40,213 nucleotides of DNA from a virus (lineage: Duplodnaviria; Caudoviricetes): IMG/VR virus record IMGVR_UViG_3300029825_000020, positions 1 to 40,213 of that record; one strand, 5' to 3'. Below are positions 10,500 through 18,334 of this stretch, in pieces. The position numbers and the translations under genes were made by a program. Numbering within the stretch: position 1 is the first letter of the stretch; each line of letters opens with the position of its first letter. The notes beneath the pieces are model-generated. The model had not been told where the DNA came from. It searched no databases and was given only the letters and a program-made list of their open reading frames with translations.

Positions 10500-10536
10500 T
10501 CAATTCTAAGGTGTCTAGCATCGTCATAGACGAAAG

Positions 10537-10577
10537 AAAGCCTCCCAAGGACATAACAGTCCAAGGGAGGTTTTTTC
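10537..10577. terminator. Bidirectional intrinsic terminator between the converging arms
   Basis: AAAGCCTCCC-AA-GGAC-loop-GTCC-AA-GGGAGGTTTTTT, with T/A tracts on both sides. Confidence 0.8.
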
Positions 10578-10607
10578 TCGTTTTAGGAGCGATGTGGGAA
10601 GGGTGTT

Positions 10608-10973
10608 TTAAAACGGAGCGTCATCGTCGATTCTAATTTCTTTCGATATATCATCCCAATTTTCTTTGGGTTTTGATTTCCTGTCTAATACTTTAACAGT
10701 ATTACCCTTTACTGACCAGTATGTCTTGCCATCATTACCCTTATTACTTTCGTGGGAGCCTGCTACCATTACGCTTGAACCTTTGACAATATCCTTTGCC
10801 AACCATTCGGCCTGTTTACCGAACACAACCACATTAAACCAATCGGAATCTTTGTCCTTACCTTTGTTTACACCCACCGAGAATTTACACATGGGTTTGC
10901 CATCCCCGTAATAACTCAATTCTGCGTCCCTTCCTGCGTTGCCGATAATTGTGATCTGATTATAACTCGCCAT
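10608..10973 (-). CDS. ssb: Single-stranded DNA-binding protein
   Basis: Motifs NQITIIGNAGRDAE, DWFNVVVFGKQAE and KGSSVMVAG; acidic DDDAPF tail. Confidence 0.95.
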   Translation of the reverse strand: MASYNQITIIGNAGRDAELSYYGDGKPMCKFSVGVNKGKDKDSDWFNVVVFGKQAEWLAKDIVKGSSVMVAGSHESNKGNDGKTYWSVKGNTVKVLDRKSKPKENWDDISKEIRIDDDAPF

Positions 10974-11496
10974 TAAAAATCCCCCTATATAGTGCGTATT
11001 CGTGTTTAGGTATCCTTATTGCTTGTGCTAACTTGGGTAATGCCTTGTTGATGGTGTTGTAGACTGTTTGCCTTGAACAACCAGCTATCTTGGCAACGTC
11101 TTTATCATTGGTTCCGTTGATTAGATATTCTTTGACTACAATCCTTTCTTTGTCCGTCAGTACGCCATTTGCTTTGTTAAATTGGTAGACAAGGGTTTCA
11201 ATCACCAACATTTCCTGCTCGATTGCTTCAAGGGTATCATCGTAAATTTCTATCAATTTATCTCGATAGGTATCAATAATTGCGGTTTCTTTTCTGCCAG
11301 GCTCTGGTGACACACCAGGCATCCCTGACAGTACATGATTGCCGACTGCCATCGACAGTAAAACCGCATCTGATATAGTACGGTTCTTGATAGCATCGTA
11401 TTGTTTTTTAAGGTTGGCGTGTTTCACTTCTGCCATTTTGAGATTACGAAGGATAAACTCTACTTCGTCCCTACCTATATATAAATCGTTACTCAA
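10960..11496 (-). CDS. Sigma-70 region-4-like HTH transcription regulator (candidate late activator)
   Basis: C-terminal LTDKERIVV...DKDVAKIAGCSRQTVYNTINKAL. TTG 11496 after GGAGGGA is preferred to the track start at 11649. Confidence 0.7.
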   Translation of the reverse strand: MSNDLYIGRDEVEFILRNLKMAEVKHANLKKQYDAIKNRTISDAVLLSMAVGNHVLSGMPGVSPEPGRKETAIIDTYRDKLIEIYDDTLEAIEQEMLVIETLVYQFNKANGVLTDKERIVVKEYLINGTNDKDVAKIAGCSRQTVYNTINKALPKLAQAIRIPKHEYALYRGIFNGEL

Positions 11497-11725
11497 TAGA
11501 TCCCTCCAAATCTTCAAGTGTCTCAAACAGTAAGGTTTCCGCACGGCAGTAATTGTCGTGTAAATGGTAATGATATAGACTCTCTTTGTCGAAGTAGTTT
11601 TCCGCTGCCTCAAACGCTGATTTGACGTGCCTCGCTGCATCTGCCACATTGCGAAGTAGGGTTAGTTCTTCCTTTAATTTATAGTTTTCTTGCAATATTT
11701 CGCTAATCTTATAAATTCCTGCCAT
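11489..11725 (-). CDS. Hypothetical coiled-coil protein
   Basis: GGAGGG RBS; abuts its neighbours; contains the LRNVADAAR module. Confidence 0.6.
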   Translation of the reverse strand: MAGIYKISEILQENYKLKEELTLLRNVADAARHVKSAFEAAENYFDKESLYHYHLHDNYCRAETLLFETLEDLEGSIE

Positions 11726-11728
11726 ATA

Positions 11729-11890
11729 TTATCCCTCCTGCTCTTTTTTACTTTGTAGCATCTTGCTTAATTTGTCTGCCATCGCTTGTATGTCGGCCCG
11801 TTGTTCTGGAGTAAACTTGTCCATAATCTTCTCTTTTTCGACGTACTCCTTGAGTTTGGTCAGGTCGTAGTATTCTTTGGGCCAGCTCAT
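11729..11890 (-). CDS. Hypothetical protein, 53 aa (MSWPKEYY...)
   Basis: AAGGAGGGG RBS and ATGA overlap with the upstream stop. Confidence 0.55.
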   Translation of the reverse strand: MSWPKEYYDLTKLKEYVEKEKIMDKFTPEQRADIQAMADKLSKMLQSKKEQEG

Positions 11891-12117
11891 TCCTGCCCCT
11901 CCTTTAGATACCTGTCGCAGTTTTCTTGGGAGCAATTGTTGTAGTTAAGGTCTATATCGTCGTCCCACTCAAATTCCTCGGACTCCTTAACACCAAAGGT
12001 AAAGACGATTGAATCATCAGATAAAAGTCTTTCTAAGTCATACTGGATTTCATCGAAACTCTCATAATCTCCGTTAATATCCACAACATACAGCTCTGCC
12101 TTAAATACTTTTGCCAT
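11887..12117 (-). CDS. Hypothetical acidic protein (MAKVFKAELYVVD...)
   Basis: AAGGAGGGG RBS before ATG 12117; motif FEWDDDIDLN. Confidence 0.65.
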   Translation of the reverse strand: MAKVFKAELYVVDINGDYESFDEIQYDLERLLSDDSIVFTFGVKESEEFEWDDDIDLNYNNCSQENCDRYLKEGQE

Positions 12118-12370
12118 CCTGCCCCTCCTTCGCCTTGTCGTACTCATCGAGAATGCGCTTCAGGTCGAAAAGATGGCGTATATACTGATACATCTCGATA
12201 GGTACCAATGCCCTCGCCGCATCTGCCACTTTGCGGAGCTGGGCGTTTTCGGCTTCAAGGTCAAACGCCGTATCTATGGCGTTATCTAACTTCGCCTGTA
12301 GCGCGGCGTTGCTCTCCTGGTACTGCCGCCCCTGCTCCTGCATGGTCTCGCAGGCCATTAAATCCCTCAC
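12101..12370 (-). CDS. Hypothetical coiled-coil protein
   Basis: In-operon ORF containing the LEAENAQLRKVADAAR module. Confidence 0.6.
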   Translation of the reverse strand: MRDLMACETMQEQGRQYQESNAALQAKLDNAIDTAFDLEAENAQLRKVADAARALVPIEMYQYIRHLFDLKRILDEYDKAKEGQDGKSI

Positions 12371-12547
12371 TCACTTGCCCTCGCTTTCCAGTATTTTTAT
12401 GCCCTCATTTTTAATAATAATTTTCTTAGCGTGGGCAGAGGTAGCAAAGCTATTATTATATGTGGCTACTTTCCATGCTGGCCATTTTAACTCAATTTCT
12501 TTCCTAATAGATTTATAATCTACTGAGTATCCTTTGTCCCTGCTCAT
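12371..12547 (-). CDS. Hypothetical protein, 58 aa (MSRDKGYSVDYK...), absent from the ORF track
   Basis: Translated by eye. GGGAGGG RBS; fills the gap exactly. Confidence 0.55.
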   Translation of the reverse strand: MSRDKGYSVDYKSIRKEIELKWPAWKVATYNNSFATSAHAKKIIIKNEGIKILESEGK

Positions 12548-12702
12548 CTCTCGCCCTCCCCATCATCTATGAGTTCCAATCCCGCACAATCAAGGAAGAA
12601 TGTCTGTAAATCCCTTTGGCGCAAGGTGTGGTCAACATAGCAGGACACCATAGTGCCGACATACCCTATGGTAATGCCAATCAACAATGAGTACACATCC
12701 AA
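12544..12702 (-). CDS. Small membrane protein, 52 aa, absent from the ORF track
   Basis: TTG start after GGGGG; hydrophobic N-terminus YSLLIGITIGYVGTMVSC; ATGA overlap with the next gene. Confidence 0.45.
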   Translation of the reverse strand: MDVYSLLIGITIGYVGTMVSCYVDHTLRQRDLQTFFLDCAGLELIDDGEGER

Positions 12703-13284
12703 TTAACTAACCCCCAATATCATTCTCATTTTTGGTAGTGATTCTATCCAGTCACAGTATATTTGCCATTCTTCAAGTCTATGGTGTCTGCGTTGCCCGT
12801 ATATGGATTTTAATTGCAGGTAGTTAGTAACTGTTCCTGCTGTGAGTTCAAGCCCCATAGGGCAGTTGGATATGATCTGCTGAAACAATGTCTTGCGGTA
12901 GTCAGAGGTAATGTCTTGTTCGTTGTACTGAGCTATCATGCCCCGCATAAGTTCAATGATGGTAGGATGGACATACTTGTTGCATTGGGTGTCTATGTCC
13001 ATCTTTAGTATTCGGTGCATCTTGCTTTGGCTTGATACAATGTCATGGAAATGGTATCGCTGCCATTGTAACCACCAATACTGCGGTGCAGTTATATCGC
13101 ATGATACCAGACACCCTTTGAGCCATGTGTCATGCCCTGTGCCCGATGGTACAGATGCCAACTTCACCGCACGATCAATGTCTGATTGTTTTATCCTGTT
13201 GTGTTCAATCCTTGTTTTCATGGGAAATCCCGATGCTCTTATGGCATTGTCAACATTGAATGTCCATGTGTTCTCAATTTTCAA
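12703..13284 (-). CDS. ThyX-like (flavin-dependent thymidylate synthase fold) phage protein
   Basis: Motifs SGTGHDTWLKG, DITAPQYWW, SSQSKMH and NYLQLKSIYGQRRHHRLEEW. The canonical RHR motif is absent. Confidence 0.6.
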   Translation of the reverse strand: MKIENTWTFNVDNAIRASGFPMKTRIEHNRIKQSDIDRAVKLASVPSGTGHDTWLKGCLVSCDITAPQYWWLQWQRYHFHDIVSSQSKMHRILKMDIDTQCNKYVHPTIIELMRGMIAQYNEQDITSDYRKTLFQQIISNCPMGLELTAGTVTNYLQLKSIYGQRRHHRLEEWQIYCDWIESLPKMRMILGVS

Positions 13285-13285
13285 T

Positions 13286-13369
13286 TCATAAAACCCCCAT
13301 CCATATAAGGATAAATGCGGTAATCAACCCTGCTAGGTAGCCCGCTACAAACCCGATACTATATTCCAT
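13286..13369 (-). CDS. 27-aa single-TM peptide (MEYSIGFVAGYLAGLITAFILIWMGVL)
   Basis: Fills the gap between the radical SAM and ThyX-like genes; AAGGCG upstream. Confidence 0.45.
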   Translation of the reverse strand: MEYSIGFVAGYLAGLITAFILIWMGVL

Positions 13370-14179
13370 CTACTTTTCGCCTTTCATATATGCCTTAGTA
13401 GCAGCCGGTCTACTCCATGTCCGTGCAAACTGTTTCCATTCTTTGCTATACTCAATAGGTTGTTCTGGTTGATATAATTGGGCGAATGGCAATGCACCTG
13501 AGTTATATACTGCTTTTAACCTTGCTTTATTCTCCGTTCTATCGTCACCTATCAGGACGTAACACCTAATGTGGTTCTGACTAAATCCTGCATCCCTAAG
13601 TTTACGGATTGCCTTGGTTGAAGTTTTTATTGCGCCCTTGGTATCGCAAGCCAACCATAATTCCTTGATGCGCAATTTCCGCATTTCTTCTACGTCCCAA
13701 TCTGTTAGACGATTCGCCTCCAATCCCCCGACAAATCGGACTTCCTTTTGGGTGCGCAGCATATCATATACCTTTTGCCTATGACACTTACTGCAAGCTA
13801 GAAAGTTGTTGTCTTGGATTGTATTACCCTCTGCTATGGGCAATTCCCTAATCTTCCCCTCTCTTTTGGGAACAAAACAGAATTTACAGTTATTCGGACA
13901 ACCGCGACTAGTGAAGGTGATCCCCTTTCTAACGTACATCCCTGGCACAAAATCCCCCAAAGAATCATCATAAGCAGGGCCACTTAGTTTTACTTTAGAC
14001 CCTATTGCCCTCCATTGTTCGGCAAGGTATTCAGCGTAATTCTTTTGCCAAGTGAACACACAAGATATATGGACTTCATCATGGGGTGGTATAAATAATC
14101 CAGGTTCACCGATAAAAGTATATTCATCTGTTGGGGTATTACTTGTTTGTTCGCAAAAGACTCTAATGATCTGTTTTAT
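13370..14179 (-). CDS. Radical SAM protein (probable ATA start)
   Basis: TSRGCPNNCKFCFVP (CxxxCxxC) and IQDNNFLA. The frame stays open 40 codons upstream of the track GTG (14059), up to ATA 14179 behind GAGGGTGAGGG. Confidence 0.85.
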   Translation of the reverse strand: MKQIIRVFCEQTSNTPTDEYTFIGEPGLFIPPHDEVHISCVFTWQKNYAEYLAEQWRAIGSKVKLSGPAYDDSLGDFVPGMYVRKGITFTSRGCPNNCKFCFVPKREGKIRELPIAEGNTIQDNNFLACSKCHRQKVYDMLRTQKEVRFVGGLEANRLTDWDVEEMRKLRIKELWLACDTKGAIKTSTKAIRKLRDAGFSQNHIRCYVLIGDDRTENKARLKAVYNSGALPFAQLYQPEQPIEYSKEWKQFARTWSRPAATKAYMKGEK

Positions 14180-14181
14180 TT

Positions 14182-14442
14182 CTATCCCTCACCCTCTATA
14201 AATCCCTTTGGTGGCATTACAAACATGGGATTGTCGTAAACATCCCTCTCCCAAGGGTCTGATGTTCGTTTTGCCAACATATCCAATACGGCATTTGCTT
14301 CAAATTCGCTCTTGTATCTGCCTAAGTAATATTCTTTACTACCTGTAACAACTCCCCATATAACAGGGTTTTCCGCGTCTTGGTTAAAGCGGAATCCCGT
14401 GCAATCAATTAACATGGTTTCGTCTTGACTCCTAATCCACAT
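14182..14442 (-). CDS. Hypothetical protein (MWIRSQD...)
   Basis: AAGGAG RBS; motifs WIRSQD, LGRYKSE and FVMP. Confidence 0.65.
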   Translation of the reverse strand: MWIRSQDETMLIDCTGFRFNQDAENPVIWGVVTGSKEYYLGRYKSEFEANAVLDMLAKRTSDPWERDVYDNPMFVMPPKGFIEGEG

Positions 14443-14677
14443 CTATTTCACTCTCCTTACTCCTAATAAAATGACTACACCCGTAAACCTTAATGATCGT
14501 GTAGGTGTAGTCATCACTCGGCACATATATATCCATCTCTCTTGACTCTGAATAAGGGTGTCCCTCTATCTGTCTATCCCCGTCCCTTCGGTGAAATGCG
14601 CACCCTCCATCTTCATCCAATAGCGCAAACGCTCTAGCGCAATCCCAACAAAGACTGTCCTGTTTATTTTTGTCCAT
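14432..14677 (-). CDS. Small Cys-containing protein, possible zinc binder
   Basis: SLCWDCARA..GC...VYGCSHF. Confidence 0.6.
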   Translation of the reverse strand: MDKNKQDSLCWDCARAFALLDEDGGCAFHRRDGDRQIEGHPYSESREMDIYVPSDDYTYTIIKVYGCSHFIRSKESEIDVD

Positions 14678-14927
14678 GCCTTAATACCTTAACTTGCTCT
14701 TGCATATAATCGTTGTAGTATCGGCAAGTATCCAACTCAGCTTGTAACACCTTAATTTTGTTGATAATCTCCCTCATATAAAAGAGGGTGTCCATCTGTT
14801 CTTCACAAGCAGCTTCAACCGCTTCAATCAATGTGCGGGGATTGTCCTCTAGGTGTTTGCCGTATTTGTCATATCCCTTTGCTATCTGCTTGTCCATTAT
14901 CGCTATAATCTCATCCCGATACTGCAA
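14664..14927 (-). CDS. Small all-alpha protein, MazG/NTP-pyrophosphohydrolase-like
   Basis: KGYDKYGKHL and EAACEEQMDTLFY (EExxD) motifs. Confidence 0.5.
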   Translation of the reverse strand: MQYRDEIIAIMDKQIAKGYDKYGKHLEDNPRTLIEAVEAACEEQMDTLFYMREIINKIKVLQAELDTCRYYNDYMQEQVKVLRHGQK

Positions 14928-15513
14928 TCCGTATATCCTCCTTGTATGGCTCTAATTTTTCACGCATTACTTTTAACCTATAAGATATAGCTTGGTATGT
15001 AATGCCGTATTTATCGCCAATTATTTGTGTTGGTGCGGGTTGGTCTTGTAACAAATAAAACCATTTAAGTGTGTCTATCTCCACTTGTTTCAATCCATAC
15101 CGTTTAAAACTGTCTATAAACTTTAGTGCATCTTCTACCTCAAATTGGTCAGTATGTTTATCTGGTTCGGAACCGATTAATATTTCCCAACCACCATAAT
15201 CTACCCAACCTGCCCCTAAATCTTCCAAGTAAAGTTTATTGTTGGGGCCTACATATCGAGTAAGGCACATTGATAGGTACCCTCTCATGTACTGGTAAGT
15301 AAATGTCCCTAATGTACCCTTAGTGGGGTCATACCTTTGAATAGCACGACAATATCCCTCAGCGCAAACACCCATTATATCTCCATATTCCAACCTAGGG
15401 TATTCGATTCTGTTGCGCTTAACAAAACTATATAACAACTTTATATTGTCGTTTGCCATCTCTAATTGCTCAGGAGTTAGCTTTGTTAAAGGTTTTTTCG
15501 ACATTCCTTTCAC
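14911..15513 (-). CDS. Sigma-70-family sigma factor-like protein
   Basis: Region-2-like NIKLLYSF..DIMGVCAEGYCRAIQRYDPTKGTLGTF and C-terminal HTH IGDKYGITYQAIS. Confidence 0.75.
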   Translation of the reverse strand: MKGMSKKPLTKLTPEQLEMANDNIKLLYSFVKRNRIEYPRLEYGDIMGVCAEGYCRAIQRYDPTKGTLGTFTYQYMRGYLSMCLTRYVGPNNKLYLEDLGAGWVDYGGWEILIGSEPDKHTDQFEVEDALKFIDSFKRYGLKQVEIDTLKWFYLLQDQPAPTQIIGDKYGITYQAISYRLKVMREKLEPYKEDIRIAVSG

Positions 15514-15661
15514 TCCGTATCTGTTCAGCTAATTCGATATTCAGCTTTATTTGCACATCTAAACTGTGTTCTAATTTTGCTATATGCCGTTCATTATCGT
15601 CTATTACCCTGCGTAACCTTGCTATTTCCGCTTTATTGTCAAACAGTGCGTCAGTTTGCAT
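15470..15661 (-). CDS. Hypothetical coiled-coil protein
   Basis: In-operon ORF overlapping its neighbours. Confidence 0.5.
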   Translation of the reverse strand: MQTDALFDNKAEIARLRRVIDDNERHIAKLEHSLDVQIKLNIELAEQIRSERNVEKTFNKANS

Positions 15662-15869
15662 AACTCTTTCGCTTTTTTCCTTTCTTTTTAATAGGTGTGG
15701 GAATGGTCTGCTCTATATTGCATTTCTTTAATACGTCTGATTTTGGGACACGGTATCGGTTCTTTGCCTTGTCTTGGCAGTAAAAAACCACTCCTTCATC
15801 TTCAAGAGTGGTTAGAATCAGGCTTCCAGTTAGGGTCTGTTGGCCTTTATTAAACATTAAGACTTGCAA
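15651..15869 (-). CDS. Hypothetical basic protein
   Basis: AAGGAAGTG RBS, TTG start, Lys-rich tail. Confidence 0.55.
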   Translation of the reverse strand: MQVLMFNKGQQTLTGSLILTTLEDEGVVFYCQDKAKNRYRVPKSDVLKKCNIEQTIPTPIKKKGKKRKSYAN

Positions 15870-15890
15870 TTTAACACTTCCTTTTATATA

Positions 15891-16769
15891 TCAATCCTCT
15901 ATAAACTCACCATTCACCAACTTATACCATGTGTTAGCCTTGATAATCTCGCCGTCTACTTGGGCAGATTTAACACATATCGGTTTATAATATGTTATGT
16001 CCCATTTATACTCTGCGAGGGTGATCCAACAACCAAGGGAGGCTTTGATTCTGTTGTTAATTCCGATAGCCGCCCCGACTGAATTTGAACCCGTGATTTC
16101 TAGTTGGCTGGAGTCTCCTGATGCCATTAGTCGGCTGCAATCTCCTGATGCCATTAGTTGGCTGTAGTATCCTGATGCCGCGAGTTGGCTGCAATCTCCT
16201 GATGTCGCGAGTTGGCTGCAATCTCCTGATGCCGCGAGTTTACTGGAGTCTCCTGATGCCATTAGTCGGCTGGAGTGTCCTGATGCCGCGAGTTTACTGG
16301 AGTCTCCTGATGCCGCGAGTTGGCTGCGGTATCCTGATGCCGCGAGTTTACTGGAGTCTCCTGATGCCACTAGTCGGCTGGAGTCTCCTGATGTCGCGAG
16401 TTGGCTGTGGTATCCTGATGCCGCGAGTATCCTATCATTTTCCCCGCCCTCTTTTTTGCACTTTTCTAACAAAAAATCTACACTTGCCTTAACGAATCCC
16501 GATATGCCCAACTTCGCACCGATTTTTATTTTAGTAGTGCATACCTTGGAATCACTGTCATTGGTTTGAGTTTCGCCCAATGCCTCAACCTTGGCAAATT
16601 CGCTTTCGCAAAGGTTGTAGTAATTAAGCGTATCCAGCGGATTTTCACAGAAATGGAATCCGCTCTCGCATATAACCGCCTTGTCTGTTTCGTACGTCTG
16701 TTCTTCCTCAAACTGGAATCCCCGGCAAGTCATATCCTTCTTAAATGCCTTATATCCTTTAATTGGCAT
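15891..16769 (-). CDS. DUF7666-like phage protein with 9-aa tandem repeats
   Basis: N-terminus GYKAFKKDMTCRGFQF..CESGFHFCENPLD, then (LAASGDSSK)n, then C-terminus VDGEIIKANTWY. Confidence 0.85.
   Translation of the reverse strand: MPIKGYKAFKKDMTCRGFQFEEEQTYETDKAVICESGFHFCENPLDTLNYYNLCESEFAKVEALGETQTNDSDSKVCTTKIKIGAKLGISGFVKASVDFLLEKCKKEGGENDRILAASGYHSQLATSGDSSRLVASGDSSKLAASGYRSQLAASGDSSKLAASGHSSRLMASGDSSKLAASGDCSQLATSGDCSQLAASGYYSQLMASGDCSRLMASGDSSQLEITGSNSVGAAIGINNRIKASLGCWITLAEYKWDITYYKPICVKSAQVDGEIIKANTWYKLVNGEFIED
16102..16428. repeat. Coding tandem repeat, 12 copies of a 27-bp unit
   Basis: CCTGATG recurs every 27 bp from 16117 to 16414. Confidence 0.95.
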
Positions 16770-16771
16770 TT

Positions 16772-17275
16772 TTACTTCCCCCCCTCCATTAAACTCTTTA
16801 CTCCCATCATGGCCAAGGCGTAAGCATCAGCCACATTATTGTCCTTTGCCTCATATCCCCACTTCTTCAAGACTTGCTGCATCATTATGTCTTTGGTTGC
16901 ATTGCCCTTGCCGGTGACAAATTTTTTCAACTCGTTAGGTGATACTTCCATCCAGGGAATGTGCATTTCATTTTTCATTACATGAAGTTCCTCACGGATT
17001 CGGTATCCAAGGTATGCTGTTTCAAACAATCCCCTGCCCCTGCTACCATAACTAAATCCTTCTATGACTATCATATTAGGGGGAAGATACCATCCAACGT
17101 CATCACAAATGTTGCCGATCTCGTTTGTGATGTCCTCAACAATCGACAATACCCTCGGTATGATGTCCCAATTCGGATGATTCTTCAATGTCTTGGCGAT
17201 TATAACTTTGCCATCATGCCATGCAACCAATCCTGTACCCGTTAATGACGGGTCAATCCCTATTACAAGCATCAT
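16772..17275 (-). CDS. ruvC: RuvC-like Holliday junction resolvase
   Basis: Motifs VIGIDPSLTGTG, IVIEG, LKKFVTGKGNATK and NNVADAYAL. Confidence 0.9.
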   Translation of the reverse strand: MMLVIGIDPSLTGTGLVAWHDGKVIIAKTLKNHPNWDIIPRVLSIVEDITNEIGNICDDVGWYLPPNMIVIEGFSYGSRGRGLFETAYLGYRIREELHVMKNEMHIPWMEVSPNELKKFVTGKGNATKDIMMQQVLKKWGYEAKDNNVADAYALAMMGVKSLMEGGK

Positions 17276-17526
17276 TCTTGCCCCCTACACACATCAGTAT
17301 AGAATCGTATAGCCATGGCTCCCACTTGGATACACTCTTTTCTTAGGTATTCATAGTCCATTTTGCCCGGTTTTTGTTTGACTTCCGCCCATAGTTCGTC
17401 CACTTCTTCTTTAAGTATGGCGAATCCCTCATGGGGTGAGTTCATAGGTGGGTATCGTCTGGTGGCATTGAAGTATTCCGTACCCATCTCCGCTATCGCT
17501 TCGCTAAAGTATTTTGTATTATTAAT
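17272..17526 (-). CDS. Small MazG-like all-alpha protein (possible ATT start; ATG 17487 is the alternative)
   Basis: NSPHEGFAILKEEVDELW..ECIQVGAMAIRF; AGGAGATGA lies 6 nt upstream of ATT 17526. Confidence 0.55.
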   Translation of the reverse strand: MNNTKYFSEAIAEMGTEYFNATRRYPPMNSPHEGFAILKEEVDELWAEVKQKPGKMDYEYLRKECIQVGAMAIRFYTDVCRGQE

Positions 17527-17539
17527 CTCTAATCATCTC

Positions 17540-18334
17540 CTATTCAAACAAGACTGATTGGTCATCATCACAGTATGTCTTATCTTCGTGATATTTACGT
17601 CCCTGTCCGTGTATCCACCAATCAAACATTTCTTCGCCATTTGTCCAATGCCCGTAGATTGGTTTGCCGTCTGCTATGCGTTTCTCGCAAGCACGGATGC
17701 AAGCCCTTCTGTATCCATCTGCTATCTTAGGCCAACGCTCCGCTTGTTTGGCTTGATTGGCGTTAGGACAGCATACACACCCCAACCTTTTCCAACCCTC
17801 GTCATATAGGGAGCAGTATGGTATGTTGTAACCTCTTAAAAACTCCCATACATCGGCATCTGTCCAGTCTATAATGACGTTGACATAGTTTTTATTACTC
17901 CCTGCTACTTGACAATTCTCAACCATCCTCCGTTTAGACCGCTTAAAACTCTCTGCTGACCGTATGCCCGTAACTACGGTTCTGCCATCACCACCACGCT
18001 CTTTAAGGATTCGACAACAATATCGCATTTGTCGCAACGGTGGCATACCGTTTTCAACTATCAACTTCCACATGGTCTTTTCGGGATGATGTATTTCTAT
18101 CTCTGGATGGGCCTTAATGTGCCAAACTACTTCGGGTGGGTCTACAGTAGTTAATTGGTAATGTGCATCGAATTTGCAACCACTCATTTTGGCAAGTGCC
18201 AGGATAGTGTCTGAGTCTTTGCCTCCTGAGTATGCTAGATAATACCCTTCCGGTGGTTCAAACGCCTTGAGTCTATCTATCACTATTTGTACCTTGTCCA
18301 CTCTACCGAATAAGGTATCCTCAACTAATGCCAC
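17540..18334 (-). CDS. Phosphoadenosine phosphosulfate (PAPS) reductase family protein
   Basis: PP-loop AYSGGKDS, RYCCRILKE, TGIRSAES..RS and RLGCVCCP. Confidence 0.9.
   Translation of the reverse strand: MALVEDTLFGRVDKVQIVIDRLKAFEPPEGYYLAYSGGKDSDTILALAKMSGCKFDAHYQLTTVDPPEVVWHIKAHPEIEIHHPEKTMWKLIVENGMPPLRQMRYCCRILKERGGDGRTVVTGIRSAESFKRSKRRMVENCQVAGSNKNYVNVIIDWTDADVWEFLRGYNIPYCSLYDEGWKRLGCVCCPNANQAKQAERWPKIADGYRRACIRACEKRIADGKPIYGHWTNGEEMFDWWIHGQGRKYHEDKTYCDDDQSVLFE

Noticed and set aside
16102-16428. 27-bp repeats as a CRISPR array or DGR template/variable repeat
   Set aside because: The units are contiguous with no spacers and are in frame within a protein. Variation is not adenine-specific, and no reverse transcriptase is present.
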